From: Bacteroidales bacterium
Lineage (GTDB): Bacteria; Bacteroidota; Bacteroidia; Bacteroidales; UBA3663
Assembly (NCBI GenBank): GCA_017618715.1
Contig: JAFZTS010000054.1
Coordinates: forward strand, 37,298-101,297
Direction of reading: 5' to 3'
DNA length: 64,000 nucleotides
The notes beneath the pieces are model-generated. The model searched no databases. It saw nothing but the letters and a program-made list of their open reading frames with translations, and was not told the DNA's origin. A program made the translations under genes and the position numbers. This document shows positions 10,116 to 19,038 of this stretch, one piece after another. Numbering within the stretch: the stretch's first letter is position 1; every line of letters starts with the position of its first letter.

Positions 10116-10163
10116 TACCTAAGCCTCTTTACGCTCGAATTCATCTCAACGCTTAGGTTTTGA
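10116..10163 (+). pseudogene. Relic 3' end of a homolog of the 7094-9328 receptor
   Basis: Translates YLSLFTLEFISTLRF* versus YLRPFTLEFTSTLRF* at 9281-9328 (12/15 identical); in-frame TAG at 10107, no start. Confidence 0.75.
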
Positions 10164-10687
10164 GACGTTACAACAGCAGAAAAAGCAATATAATGTCCCT
10201 TTTTATTGCAAATTCTGTAGTTTTTGTTGTTGAAAAAATGAATCTCACATCAACTAAATGAGCCACATTTGATCGATTTTTCGTCGAAAAATGCAGTTCA
10301 AACATATCTTTTCAGGCCTTTGAGAGGAGTAATTTGCTGAATTCTGAGTCTTTTGCAGGGTTTTGTATGGCAAGAACTAATTAAAAATTATTATATAACA
10401 AGTTGAATTATAATAAATTAGATTTTTTGATGATACGGCTCGCAATCTCAAATCTCAATTAGTTTTTTAGGCATATCCATTCCAGCATCTATTTACTTAT
10501 ATTATTAATTATTAATTAGTTATAAATTTTAAAAAGAGGGTTTCGTCATAGATTGAGACCCATTTTTTTAACTGAGATTTGAGATTTGTGATTTTTGGGA
10601 TTTAACTAATTCCTCTATAAGGCAAGTTATAGCCTCGTCTATTTCGTGCCAGATTTGATTCCATAGAAACATAATTCTATGTTTATC

Positions 10688-11010
10688 GCAAGATGGTACT
10701 GGTTGTGTGCGCATAGTACACCATCGTAGCGAGATGGTACTGCTTGTGAACACTTAATACAATCTACATGGCAAGATGGTACTGCTTGTGAACACTTGAT
10801 ACAATCCACATGGCGAGATGGTACTGGTTGCGAACACATAGTACATTATCGTCGCGAGATGGTACTGCTTGTGAACATTTGATACCATTTTTCGGCGAGA
10901 TTGCATTACTTGTGAACAGATAGTGCAGCATCGTCGCGATGCGGGATTGCTTGTGAACACTTGATGCAACCTATACGGCAATACGGTACTGCTTGTGAAC
11001 AAGGAGTACA
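10688..11010. repeat. Tandem array of 8 imperfect-palindromic 41-42 bp units
   Basis: Core GCGAGATGGTACTGCTTGTGAACAC; units start at 10688, 10729, 10771, 10813, 10854, 10895, 10936, 10978. Confidence 0.92.
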
Positions 11011-11020
11011 ATAGAATAAT

Positions 11021-11054
11021 AAAAAGGCACACCAACTATGCGGCGTGCCTTTCT
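11021..11054 (-). terminator. Intrinsic terminator of the S8 peptidase gene
   Basis: aaaaaggcacacc...ggcgtgcctttct hairpin, T-tract on the minus strand. Confidence 0.7.
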
Positions 11055-11089
11055 AAATCAAAAAGAGGTTATTTGTTTATGGGAATGTA

Positions 11090-13198
11090 TCACTTCACGA
11101 AATACATACGTCCTCCTTTGACATAGATGCCGTGGGTGGGAGTGTTTACGCGGCGGCCTTGCAGGTCGAAGATTTCATCGGCGTGGCTTTCGGGTGTAGC
11201 TTGAATACCTCTAAGGTCTGAATGTGAAAGGATGTATTCGATGCCTTGGGCGGCATTGATCTTACCATAGCCCCAGCGGATGGGATCGTGGGCGGTGAAG
11301 TCGTCGTTGACCGATGATTGGCGGATGACTTCCTTCACGTCTTCCAAGGTAAGGTTGGGATTTGCTTGCAACCAGCAAGCTACGATGCCGCTCACCACGG
11401 GACATGCCATCGACGTACCGCTCTCGGCTCCATAAGGATAGCCCTGCCATTGCATCTCATCGAGTACGGTTTCACTAGGAGACAGGCAGTAGTGGCTCCA
11501 TGACGAAACGACGTTGACACCAGGAGCACTTACCACCGGCTGGGTGATGTCGTTGAATGAGGTGCCATAGCTTGAGAACCAAGCGTAGTCGTTGAGGGTG
11601 TATTCCTCTTCTTCTTCGTCTTCGAGCGACGAACCATCATAGCTGCGGTATTCGGTATTGGCGCAATAGGCACCAACGCTGATGACGCCGGGGATGCATG
11701 TCCAGTCGCCTGCCGACATCTCGCTGTCGCCTATGACGTAGCCCGGGAACTCGAAGATGTTGAAGCCGCCGAGGTTGTCCCACATGTCGATTTCTGTGCC
11801 GGCTGAGCCGGAAACGGTGAGCATGAAAAGGCAAAGGCTCTTGAATGTGCCATCGGTGTATGTAGTGATGCTCAGCGTGCCGTCGCCGTTGTCACAAGCG
11901 ATGAGATCCACCTCGCCACTGAAATAGGACGACAGGGTGGCGTCGTCGCCATCGTTGAGAGTGATATACTGTGTCTCGCCGCCCAAGGTTGCCACGCATT
12001 CTTCGCTGCTCCACACCTCGCGGAGCCTACCTGAAAACTGATTGACGGTGAGCAGGCTGACCTTAACGCTCACACGATCGCCGCAGCGGGTGTAGCCAAC
12101 TGCATCGTCAGTGATGACATAGTCGCCGTTATCATCCTGAACGAGTGCCAGAAGGGTCTTGAATGAAGAGCTGTTTTCGGTGAATTGTCGATAAAGATGG
12201 ATGGGATAGCCGCCCTCGTTGCCAGCTGAAAAGACGGGAATGATGGTGTTTGATGCAGCCTGAATGGCTTCGGGCACGGTTCCCGTACCGTTGTGCCGAC
12301 CACTATGGCTGTTGAGGCTGCCGCTGAACACCAGTGGTTGACCACTCTTCTGAGCGTAAGCCGTAGCAAAGGCGAGGACGAGTTCCATGACATCGTTCTC
12401 ATCGTCAATATACTCGGCCAACTCCTCTTCATCAACTTCTTCGTTAATGCCGATAAATACGATATCGGCCTCGGGCGCCATGCCGCCGAATCCCATAGGC
12501 GTGAGGGAGCCTGCTGCAATGCCTGCGGTATGCGTGCCATGATACTCATTGGGGGCATCGGTGGTCAGGGTGGCGATAAGTTCGGGAGTGTCATAAACGG
12601 AGCCTGGGAATTCGATCGTGCCGGCCTCGGGGTCATCGATAGTGAACTTGTTGCCGTTGTAGTCTCCAATCAAGAAGACACATTTGATGCGCGAGTTTCC
12701 GTCGGCATCCTTGAACGCGGGGTGCTGGAAGTCTATTCCGCCGTCGAATACACAGACGGTGACACCACGCCCCGTATAGGGTGTCTCGATGGTGGCAGAG
12801 GTGCCGTTGATAAGGTTGATGCCCGTTTCACGGCGCGTCACGTCGGTCTTCCTTTTGCCCTTGTGGCCGTTGTCGATGCGTACCACTCCTTCTATCTTGT
12901 TGAGGGCATCCACCTGGTCGACTGGAATGCTGATGATGGCTTGCTGGCCGATTTTGCCTTGAATCGTGGCACCAGCCTCACGAAGCTGGGCGTAGGTTTC
13001 GCGTGCGTTCTGCTCGGCCACTTTCACCACTAATCTCATGGTTTGCTTGGCGGGTGCCATGGTTTTGCCATGGCTCACCTTCTCGGCTCTTGCCTTGTGT
13101 TGAGCGATTTTCAACTGAGCTTGAGGAGTGAGTTTCACTTGTGCCATCGTCGTCAGGACGAAGGTGCACAGCATAAGAATCGTTAATAGTCTTTTCAT
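11090..13198 (-). CDS. Subtilisin-like S8 serine peptidase with T9SS C-terminal domain
   Basis: Start MKRLLTILMLC (signal peptide); triad VFDGGID, HGTHTAG, GTSMACP; IFDLQGRRV..GIYVKGG CTD. Confidence 0.92.
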   Translation of the reverse strand: MKRLLTILMLCTFVLTTMAQVKLTPQAQLKIAQHKARAEKVSHGKTMAPAKQTMRLVVKVAEQNARETYAQLREAGATIQGKIGQQAIISIPVDQVDALNKIEGVVRIDNGHKGKRKTDVTRRETGINLINGTSATIETPYTGRGVTVCVFDGGIDFQHPAFKDADGNSRIKCVFLIGDYNGNKFTIDDPEAGTIEFPGSVYDTPELIATLTTDAPNEYHGTHTAGIAAGSLTPMGFGGMAPEADIVFIGINEEVDEEELAEYIDDENDVMELVLAFATAYAQKSGQPLVFSGSLNSHSGRHNGTGTVPEAIQAASNTIIPVFSAGNEGGYPIHLYRQFTENSSSFKTLLALVQDDNGDYVITDDAVGYTRCGDRVSVKVSLLTVNQFSGRLREVWSSEECVATLGGETQYITLNDGDDATLSSYFSGEVDLIACDNGDGTLSITTYTDGTFKSLCLFMLTVSGSAGTEIDMWDNLGGFNIFEFPGYVIGDSEMSAGDWTCIPGVISVGAYCANTEYRSYDGSSLEDEEEEEYTLNDYAWFSSYGTSFNDITQPVVSAPGVNVVSSWSHYCLSPSETVLDEMQWQGYPYGAESGTSMACPVVSGIVACWLQANPNLTLEDVKEVIRQSSVNDDFTAHDPIRWGYGKINAAQGIEYILSHSDLRGIQATPESHADEIFDLQGRRVNTPTHGIYVKGGRMYFVK

Positions 13199-13209
13199 AA
13201 ATAGTTTTT

Positions 13210-14310
13210 TCAAAGTCCAAGGTCGCTGTATTTCTTGATTCCTTTCTTGTAGTATTTCCAAACGATGCTGAACTGCTGCTGCAGGAAGCTCTTGGCCGTT
13301 CCGAAGCCCACAAGTTCTCTGACAGTGTATTGACTATCAATCATCTGCTCTGCTTCGCGATGAGCGTCATATACGGCCTTGAAGTTTCGGAACTCTCCGC
13401 GTCGGAGGAAGTTGGCGGCCGCTACCCCATCGAGCAGTTTGCGTCGGCGGATAAGGTGCCTGTATTGTTCGATTGGCAGGTTCTTCCACATCATCACGAT
13501 GCTGTTGCGGAAGTTCAGTTTCGTCTTCTTCGGGTTGCCTTGCGGCAAGCTGGCACCTCCCAGATGATACACTTTCGACTGGGGTACACAAGCGATATCG
13601 TAACCCATACGACGGAGCCTCCAACAAAGGTCAATCTCTTCCATGTGGGCATAGAAACGTCGATCCAGGCCGCCGGCTTTCATATAGAGCTCTGTGCGTA
13701 TCATAAGGCAAGCGCCCGAAGCCCACATCACGGGCCACGCCTGGCCGTCGGGCAGGTCATATTGCCCCAGGTCCTCCTCCACCGTGTCGAAGATACGGCC
13801 ACGGCAATAGGGGAAGCAAAGGTTGTCGAGGTATCCGCCGCAAGCGCCTGCATATTCGAACAACTTCTCGTTGCCGTCCTTGAGGATTTTGGGCTGAAGG
13901 GCAGCGCAATTCGGATGACTGTCCATGTAGCGAATCATCGGTTCGAGCCAACCCTCGGGCACCCTCACGTCGTCGTTGAGCAGGACGGCATAGTCGGGCG
14001 ATTCCATTCGATGTACCTCAAAGACGTTGCCTGTGGGGCTCCGCCGTTCTTCCTGCTTGAGCACCGTGATGATGTCGATGGCCTGGTTGTATCCCTCGGC
14101 AAAGCCAAAGTTTTTTTCGAGCTTGATGACATTCACCGAAGGAAACTCTTCCCTAAGGAGCTTGAGGCTCTTGTCGGTCGATCCGTTGTCAGCCACCACC
14201 ACCTCGGCAAGTTCCTCAGGCGTGTTCTTGACCACCGAAGGCAGGTAACGACGCAGCAGGCCTTTCTGTTCGCCGTTCCAATTGAGTATGATAACTGCTG
14301 TTTTTGACAT
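13210..14310 (-). CDS. GT2 family glycosyltransferase
   Basis: MSKTAVIILNWNG, ADNGSTD, NFGFAEGYN, LLNDD, WASGAC, HMEEIDLCWR. Confidence 0.92.
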   Translation of the reverse strand: MSKTAVIILNWNGEQKGLLRRYLPSVVKNTPEELAEVVVADNGSTDKSLKLLREEFPSVNVIKLEKNFGFAEGYNQAIDIITVLKQEERRSPTGNVFEVHRMESPDYAVLLNDDVRVPEGWLEPMIRYMDSHPNCAALQPKILKDGNEKLFEYAGACGGYLDNLCFPYCRGRIFDTVEEDLGQYDLPDGQAWPVMWASGACLMIRTELYMKAGGLDRRFYAHMEEIDLCWRLRRMGYDIACVPQSKVYHLGGASLPQGNPKKTKLNFRNSIVMMWKNLPIEQYRHLIRRRKLLDGVAAANFLRRGEFRNFKAVYDAHREAEQMIDSQYTVRELVGFGTAKSFLQQQFSIVWKYYKKGIKKYSDLGL

Positions 14311-14329
14311 CAGAATCCTTCTTAACAAG

Positions 14330-16930
14330 TTAGAAACTCAGCACGATGGTGGCCTGTGCACCATTCTTTCGGATGCCCGGATGGTCGAGGTAGGTCAGAC
14401 GACGTATGTACTCTATTCTCAGCACCTTGAAGATGTTTTCGAGGCCGAAAGCTACCTCCATGTAAGGCGTGTTGCCCAAGCGATAGACGGTGCCGTTGCT
14501 GGGCAGGCGGAAAAGGTTGGGGTTCATCAGCGAGCCGTCGGGGTTGAGTGCATCAGGGTCATTCTTCTCCGAAAGATTTCCATAGACGCCACGGAAGGTC
14601 ACCACCTCACGCCACTTCAGGTGACGCACGTATGGGATGTTGTTGAACATCAGGCCAAGCATACGCCAAGCCACATTCCAATGGGCATACTGGTCGTAAA
14701 CGAACTCCATCGACTGGAGCTGTGAGAATGCGCCAAGCTGAATGGTGTAGCCCGTGTTGGCGTTAGGCATATAGAGCAGCGTATAGGGCGTGTTGCCTGT
14801 CCAGATCTTGCCCAGGTCGATATTGACGGTGGCATGTCCGAGTACGTTGAGCCAGAAGCGCTTCTCGAACGAGAACTCCGTGGCTTGATAGTCGAAGTCG
14901 GAACCCATGAATCCGTTGTGAGCCATCTTGTGCGTTAGTTCGAAGACGGGATGGCGATGATCGACACGCACACGCGAGGTCTTGTTCTCGGCAAAGGCCT
15001 CCTTGGGTGCCCAACGCAGCGAGGCCGTGGCCATCGCCATGTCGTAGTAGCTTTGCTCCATGCCCGTGCCCGCCAGCTCGAACTTGCCGAGACGTGTCTG
15101 GTATTCGCGGCGCAGGTCGCCCTTCAGTTTCAGGCTGACGTGGTTCCAGAACTCGAGCGTATAGAGCAGCGAATTGCTGCGGACGTAGATGAACTTCGGT
15201 TGGTCGGCCTTGCGGAACGAAGTGATGAAGTTATCGCGGTTGGTTTCGAGCACGAGGCCCAGCTCCTTCGAGTCGTAAGTACTTTCGAACTTGAGCGAAT
15301 GGATGGGGAATTCGTTGGCGTATTTCTTCTTGCGACGGAACGAATACTCGAGAGCCGCATCGTATTTCCACTTGTGGTCTTCGATGGCATAGACGGCGTA
15401 TCCCGAACCGAAGAGGTGATGGTTGAGATTGGCCGTAGTGATGCCGCCCACACGGAGACGGATGTGTTCGAGACTGTTCCACGATACAGAGGTGTTGATG
15501 GGGCCATAGAGGAACTTGGCGCGCTCCTCAATCTTGTCGTCGATGGGCACAAAGCCCTTGAAGAGCCAGGTCAGCACTTTTTCTCCATATTTGTAGAAGG
15601 GCACGCGACGCATTTCGTTCATCATCGCCTGTACCGACTTATCGGGATCGTAGCCTGTGGTGGGGCGATGGGTGTCCCAATATGCCAGGTCGGTCGAATT
15701 GAAGGCCAGCTGGGGCGAATCGCTCTTGGGTGCTGCGCCGAAGATTGATTTGTCGAGGGGCGCGTCGCTGAAGTCGCTGTAGCGTATCATGCGTTGGGCA
15801 TAGAGACCCAGCGAACCTGCCGTCACGTTCAACTCCGAATAGAAACTCTTGCCCAGAACGACACGCGTGCTGTCGGGCAGTCGTCCGTTCTCGAATTCCA
15901 CGTGCAGATTTCGCACGAAGTTGAGGTTGATATCGGGAGGAATATTCAATTCGGCGCGCTTTACCCAATAGGTGCTGTCGAGGCTGACGTACAAATGTCC
16001 GACGAAGCCGAACGATTGCGGCATGGCGGGGGCAAAACCCAGGTCAATGTATTTCAAGCCGTCGTCCAGCTTGAGCGTGTCAAGGATGTAGTACTTGTAG
16101 AACGTTGGACCGAACGACGAGACGGGCGAAACGAACTTCTTGCGATAGAGGTAGATATTGTCCTCGTTGAGGTCCATCTCGGGGAATACTTCCGTCTTGA
16201 GCAGAGCCACCAGCTGTTCGGGCATCATGTCGTCCATACCGGCATGTTGTTCGGCCTCGGTGACGGTGCGGTTAAGGTTACCAGCGTTCCTCCAATAATG
16301 CTTCTCGACGCGCTCGTCGGTCGAAACAGGCAGCACGGGCGTACCCGTCACGATGGCCGTGTCGATATAGTTTTCGATGAACTTGAACTTCTTCTTCCAA
16401 CGTGCCAGATGGCTGTCGCTGAAGTTGTTCAGCGAATAGGTCATGTTGTCGTAGCGCGTTTCGCTGAAGAAATCGTTGCTCTTGGGCGAATTGTCGTTCT
16501 TGTGGGCGATGACGTTGCGTATCAGGATTACGGCAGGGTTCTCCTTGCGGCGATAGCGTTCACGCTTGGGTTTCACCACCACCTCGCTCAGTTGCACGTC
16601 CTGCGAAACCATTTTGATGGTCACGTTCATTCGGCGATTGCCGGCCACTATCGTCTTGGTGTCGTAGCCGAGATAACTGAACTGGATGGTGCTTCCCGGA
16701 CGGGCGAGCATCGAGAAGTCGCCCTCCGTATTGGTGATTGTGCCGTTGGTGGTTCCCTTTTCGGCAATGTTCACGAAGTCAAGGGGCAAGCCGGTGATAC
16801 TGTCCAAAACCGTGCCCTGCACCGTGATACGTGTCGGCGTTTTGCTTTGAGCAGTTAAGGTTGCAGGTATCGACTCCCACAGGAGGAAGATGAATACGAA
16901 AAGATACAAATGACGTATTGCTTGCTTCAT
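14330..16930 (-). CDS. Outer-membrane protein with CarboxypepD_reg-like N-terminus and DUF5686-type barrel
   Basis: GTVLDSITG.PL...GTITNTEG.F...SYLGY, RYRRKENPA, C-terminal Phe. Confidence 0.78.
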   Translation of the reverse strand: MKQAIRHLYLFVFIFLLWESIPATLTAQSKTPTRITVQGTVLDSITGLPLDFVNIAEKGTTNGTITNTEGDFSMLARPGSTIQFSYLGYDTKTIVAGNRRMNVTIKMVSQDVQLSEVVVKPKRERYRRKENPAVILIRNVIAHKNDNSPKSNDFFSETRYDNMTYSLNNFSDSHLARWKKKFKFIENYIDTAIVTGTPVLPVSTDERVEKHYWRNAGNLNRTVTEAEQHAGMDDMMPEQLVALLKTEVFPEMDLNEDNIYLYRKKFVSPVSSFGPTFYKYYILDTLKLDDGLKYIDLGFAPAMPQSFGFVGHLYVSLDSTYWVKRAELNIPPDINLNFVRNLHVEFENGRLPDSTRVVLGKSFYSELNVTAGSLGLYAQRMIRYSDFSDAPLDKSIFGAAPKSDSPQLAFNSTDLAYWDTHRPTTGYDPDKSVQAMMNEMRRVPFYKYGEKVLTWLFKGFVPIDDKIEERAKFLYGPINTSVSWNSLEHIRLRVGGITTANLNHHLFGSGYAVYAIEDHKWKYDAALEYSFRRKKKYANEFPIHSLKFESTYDSKELGLVLETNRDNFITSFRKADQPKFIYVRSNSLLYTLEFWNHVSLKLKGDLRREYQTRLGKFELAGTGMEQSYYDMAMATASLRWAPKEAFAENKTSRVRVDHRHPVFELTHKMAHNGFMGSDFDYQATEFSFEKRFWLNVLGHATVNIDLGKIWTGNTPYTLLYMPNANTGYTIQLGAFSQLQSMEFVYDQYAHWNVAWRMLGLMFNNIPYVRHLKWREVVTFRGVYGNLSEKNDPDALNPDGSLMNPNLFRLPSNGTVYRLGNTPYMEVAFGLENIFKVLRIEYIRRLTYLDHPGIRKNGAQATIVLSF

Positions 16931-16961
16931 TATGTTATCAAAGAAATTGAAAACCATTGAG

Positions 16962-17699
16962 TCAGGATTTTTCTAAAATACTGGCGGCTTTTTCCAGGGC
17001 TTCGGGTTTGCCGCAATCAACCCAGGCTGTTCCAAAGACGTTCACGCCGGTAAGGGCTATGCTTTGGCAAATGTCCAGGTAGAAACCAATGATGGGGAAG
17101 GCATCCTCTTCCTTCGCGCTCAAATAGGGGAAGAGGTTCGGGTCGATGACCTGTATTCCCGCGTAGGCAAACTTCTCTCCCATCATGCCCTTCACCTCGC
17201 CTGTCTTGACGTTGGTCCATCCGCAAATGTACTTCTGGGCATCGAACATCAGATAGCGCGAGGTTGTCCGCTCATGGATGGCAAGGGTGGCGCCCAGCTT
17301 ACGTGTAAGGCTGTTTTCGACTTGTTCCACATGCTGTCGATAGAGTTCGCCCAAATCGATGTCGGAGATGATATCGACGTTATGTACCAGGATGGGACCG
17401 GGCTCGTCGAACAAAGGGAAAGCGCGCTTGAGGCCTCCGCCGGTATCGAGCAGCATCTGGCGTTCATCGCTCACCTTGATGTCAATGCCGAAATTATCGT
17501 GCGCATCGAGGAAGCTGATGATCTGCTCACCGAAGTGATGGATGTTCACCACGAGGTGGTCGAAACCTGCGTTTTTCAGCTTGGTGATGTTGTGCTCGAG
17601 CAAGGTCTTGCCGTTCACCTCCACCAGCGCCTTCGGCCTATCGTCGGTCAGCGGTCTCAGTCTTGTACCGAGGCCTGCTGCGAATATCATTGCATTCAT
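16962..17699 (-). CDS. Sugar-phosphate nucleotidyltransferase (MurU-like)
   Basis: AMIFAAGLGTRLRPLTDDRPKALV, LLDTGGG, HNVDI, WVDCG. Confidence 0.88.
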   Translation of the reverse strand: MNAMIFAAGLGTRLRPLTDDRPKALVEVNGKTLLEHNITKLKNAGFDHLVVNIHHFGEQIISFLDAHDNFGIDIKVSDERQMLLDTGGGLKRAFPLFDEPGPILVHNVDIISDIDLGELYRQHVEQVENSLTRKLGATLAIHERTTSRYLMFDAQKYICGWTNVKTGEVKGMMGEKFAYAGIQVIDPNLFPYLSAKEEDAFPIIGFYLDICQSIALTGVNVFGTAWVDCGKPEALEKAASILEKS

Positions 17700-17700
17700 A

Positions 17701-18495
17701 TCACATTATTGCGATGCTCACGCCGTTGCGGGTCTCCTCCTCCTCCTCGCCATATTCGAACTGGTCGAGCGTCATCTCGCCTTCTTCGTCCATCACGGCG
17801 TAGGAGAAATGCTTGATCCAGTCGCCCAGAATCATGATGCGGCTCGAACGGCTCAGCATCAGGTCGAGCATGATGTGGCGGTGTCCGAAGATGAAATAGT
17901 CGGGCTCGAAACCTTCCTGTATCTTCTTCTTGGCAAACTGTACGAGATGCTCCTTTTCCTCGCCCATATATTCGGGGAACTCATTGCCCCCCAGGCGGCT
18001 CTTGCGGCTCCACCAATGCGCGAATTTGGTCGAAAGGTCGGGGTGAATCCAGCGGTACATCTTCTGGCAAATCCGATTGTGGAAGAAGCCCGTCATGAAT
18101 TTCAGCGCCTGCGAATCCTCGCCGAGGCCGTCGCCATGCGCCAGATAGAGCTTGCGTCCGCGCCGTTCAAACACCTCAGGGCCCGTATGCAAAGTGCAAC
18201 CGATTTCCTCGGGCAGATAATCGAAGATCCAAATGTCGTGATTGCCCGTGAACCAATGTATCTTGATGCCCTTGTCGGCCATCATGCCTAGCTTGCCCAG
18301 GAAGCGCGTGAAACCTCTGGGCACCACCTCCTTGAACTCAAACCAATAGTCGATGATGTCGCCCAACAGGATGAGCTCTTCGCAGTCATCCTCGATAGAA
18401 TCAAGGAAACGCACCACCCTCCGTTCGTAATCCATCGGATGGTCGAAAGTGCCCGCGCCCAAATGGCAGTCGCTGATGAAATATATCTTTCCCAC
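17701..18495 (-). CDS. lpxH: UDP-2,3-diacylglucosamine diphosphatase
   Basis: SDCHLG, LGDIIDYW, GNHD, HGDG and GHRH metallophosphoesterase motifs; GTG start. Confidence 0.85.
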   Translation of the reverse strand: MGKIYFISDCHLGAGTFDHPMDYERRVVRFLDSIEDDCEELILLGDIIDYWFEFKEVVPRGFTRFLGKLGMMADKGIKIHWFTGNHDIWIFDYLPEEIGCTLHTGPEVFERRGRKLYLAHGDGLGEDSQALKFMTGFFHNRICQKMYRWIHPDLSTKFAHWWSRKSRLGGNEFPEYMGEEKEHLVQFAKKKIQEGFEPDYFIFGHRHIMLDLMLSRSSRIMILGDWIKHFSYAVMDEEGEMTLDQFEYGEEEEETRNGVSIAIM

Positions 18496-18597
18496 TATGT
18501 CTTTTTTTCTGTCACGAATTGTCGAATCTTCGAATTGTTTTCGTCCGAAATCGGCCCGCTAATATTCTTAAATCCGTCAATTCGGGAGAATGAACCA

Positions 18598-18918
18598 TTA
18601 CAACATCCCCAATTCGAGCTTGGCTTCCTCAGTCATCATGTCCTGGTTCCACTCGGGCTCGAAGGTCAGCTCGACGTCGCACGACGACACTTCGCGCAGG
18701 CCCTCCACCTTCATGCGCAAGTCCTCCATGAGGAAATCGCCCTCGGGGCAGGTAGGCGCTGTGAGCGTCATTTTGATGTGCACGTGGCCGCCCTCTTCCA
18801 CCTCGACGCCATAGATGAGGCCGAGGTCATAGATGTTCACGGGTATCTCGGGGTCATAGACGAGCTTGCACACGTCAACGACCTGTTTTTGTATTTCTAA
18901 AACTTCGTTTTCTGTCAT
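18598..18918 (-). CDS. DUF59 Fe-S cluster assembly protein (SufT-like)
   Basis: VYDPEIPVNIYDLGLIY, MTLTAPTCP, FEPEW; start MTENE at 18918. Confidence 0.9.
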   Translation of the reverse strand: MTENEVLEIQKQVVDVCKLVYDPEIPVNIYDLGLIYGVEVEEGGHVHIKMTLTAPTCPEGDFLMEDLRMKVEGLREVSSCDVELTFEPEWNQDMMTEEAKLELGML

Positions 18919-18939
18919 ATTTACTATTATTTTCGGGCG

Positions 18940-19018
18940 CAAAGATAATAAAAAAAACTGATAAGCCCTCTTTTTTTATTTAAAATGTGTGTTCTTCTCA
19001 AAAAAAACGCTATATTTG
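18940..19018. promoter_or_regulatory. Divergent -7 promoter elements (sufT operon / argS)
   Basis: TATCTTTG on minus strand (18940-18947); TATATTTG on plus strand (19011-19018). Confidence 0.72.
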
Positions 19019-19038
19019 CGCCAAAATTTTAACTGTAT

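Noticed and set aside
10688-11010. CRISPR array call for the 41-42 bp repeats
   Set aside because: Inter-core segments are only about 16-17 bp and fall into two related types rather than unique spacers; no cas genes in the window
10568-11035. Short Cys-rich minus-strand ORFs over the array
   Set aside because: Mixed 41/42-bp units break the frame; the ORFs are by-products of the repeat
18512-18590. cgaatt-like short repeats between sufT and lpxH, and aatctg repeats at 7040-7070
   Set aside because: Only 2-3 degenerate units each; too weak to call
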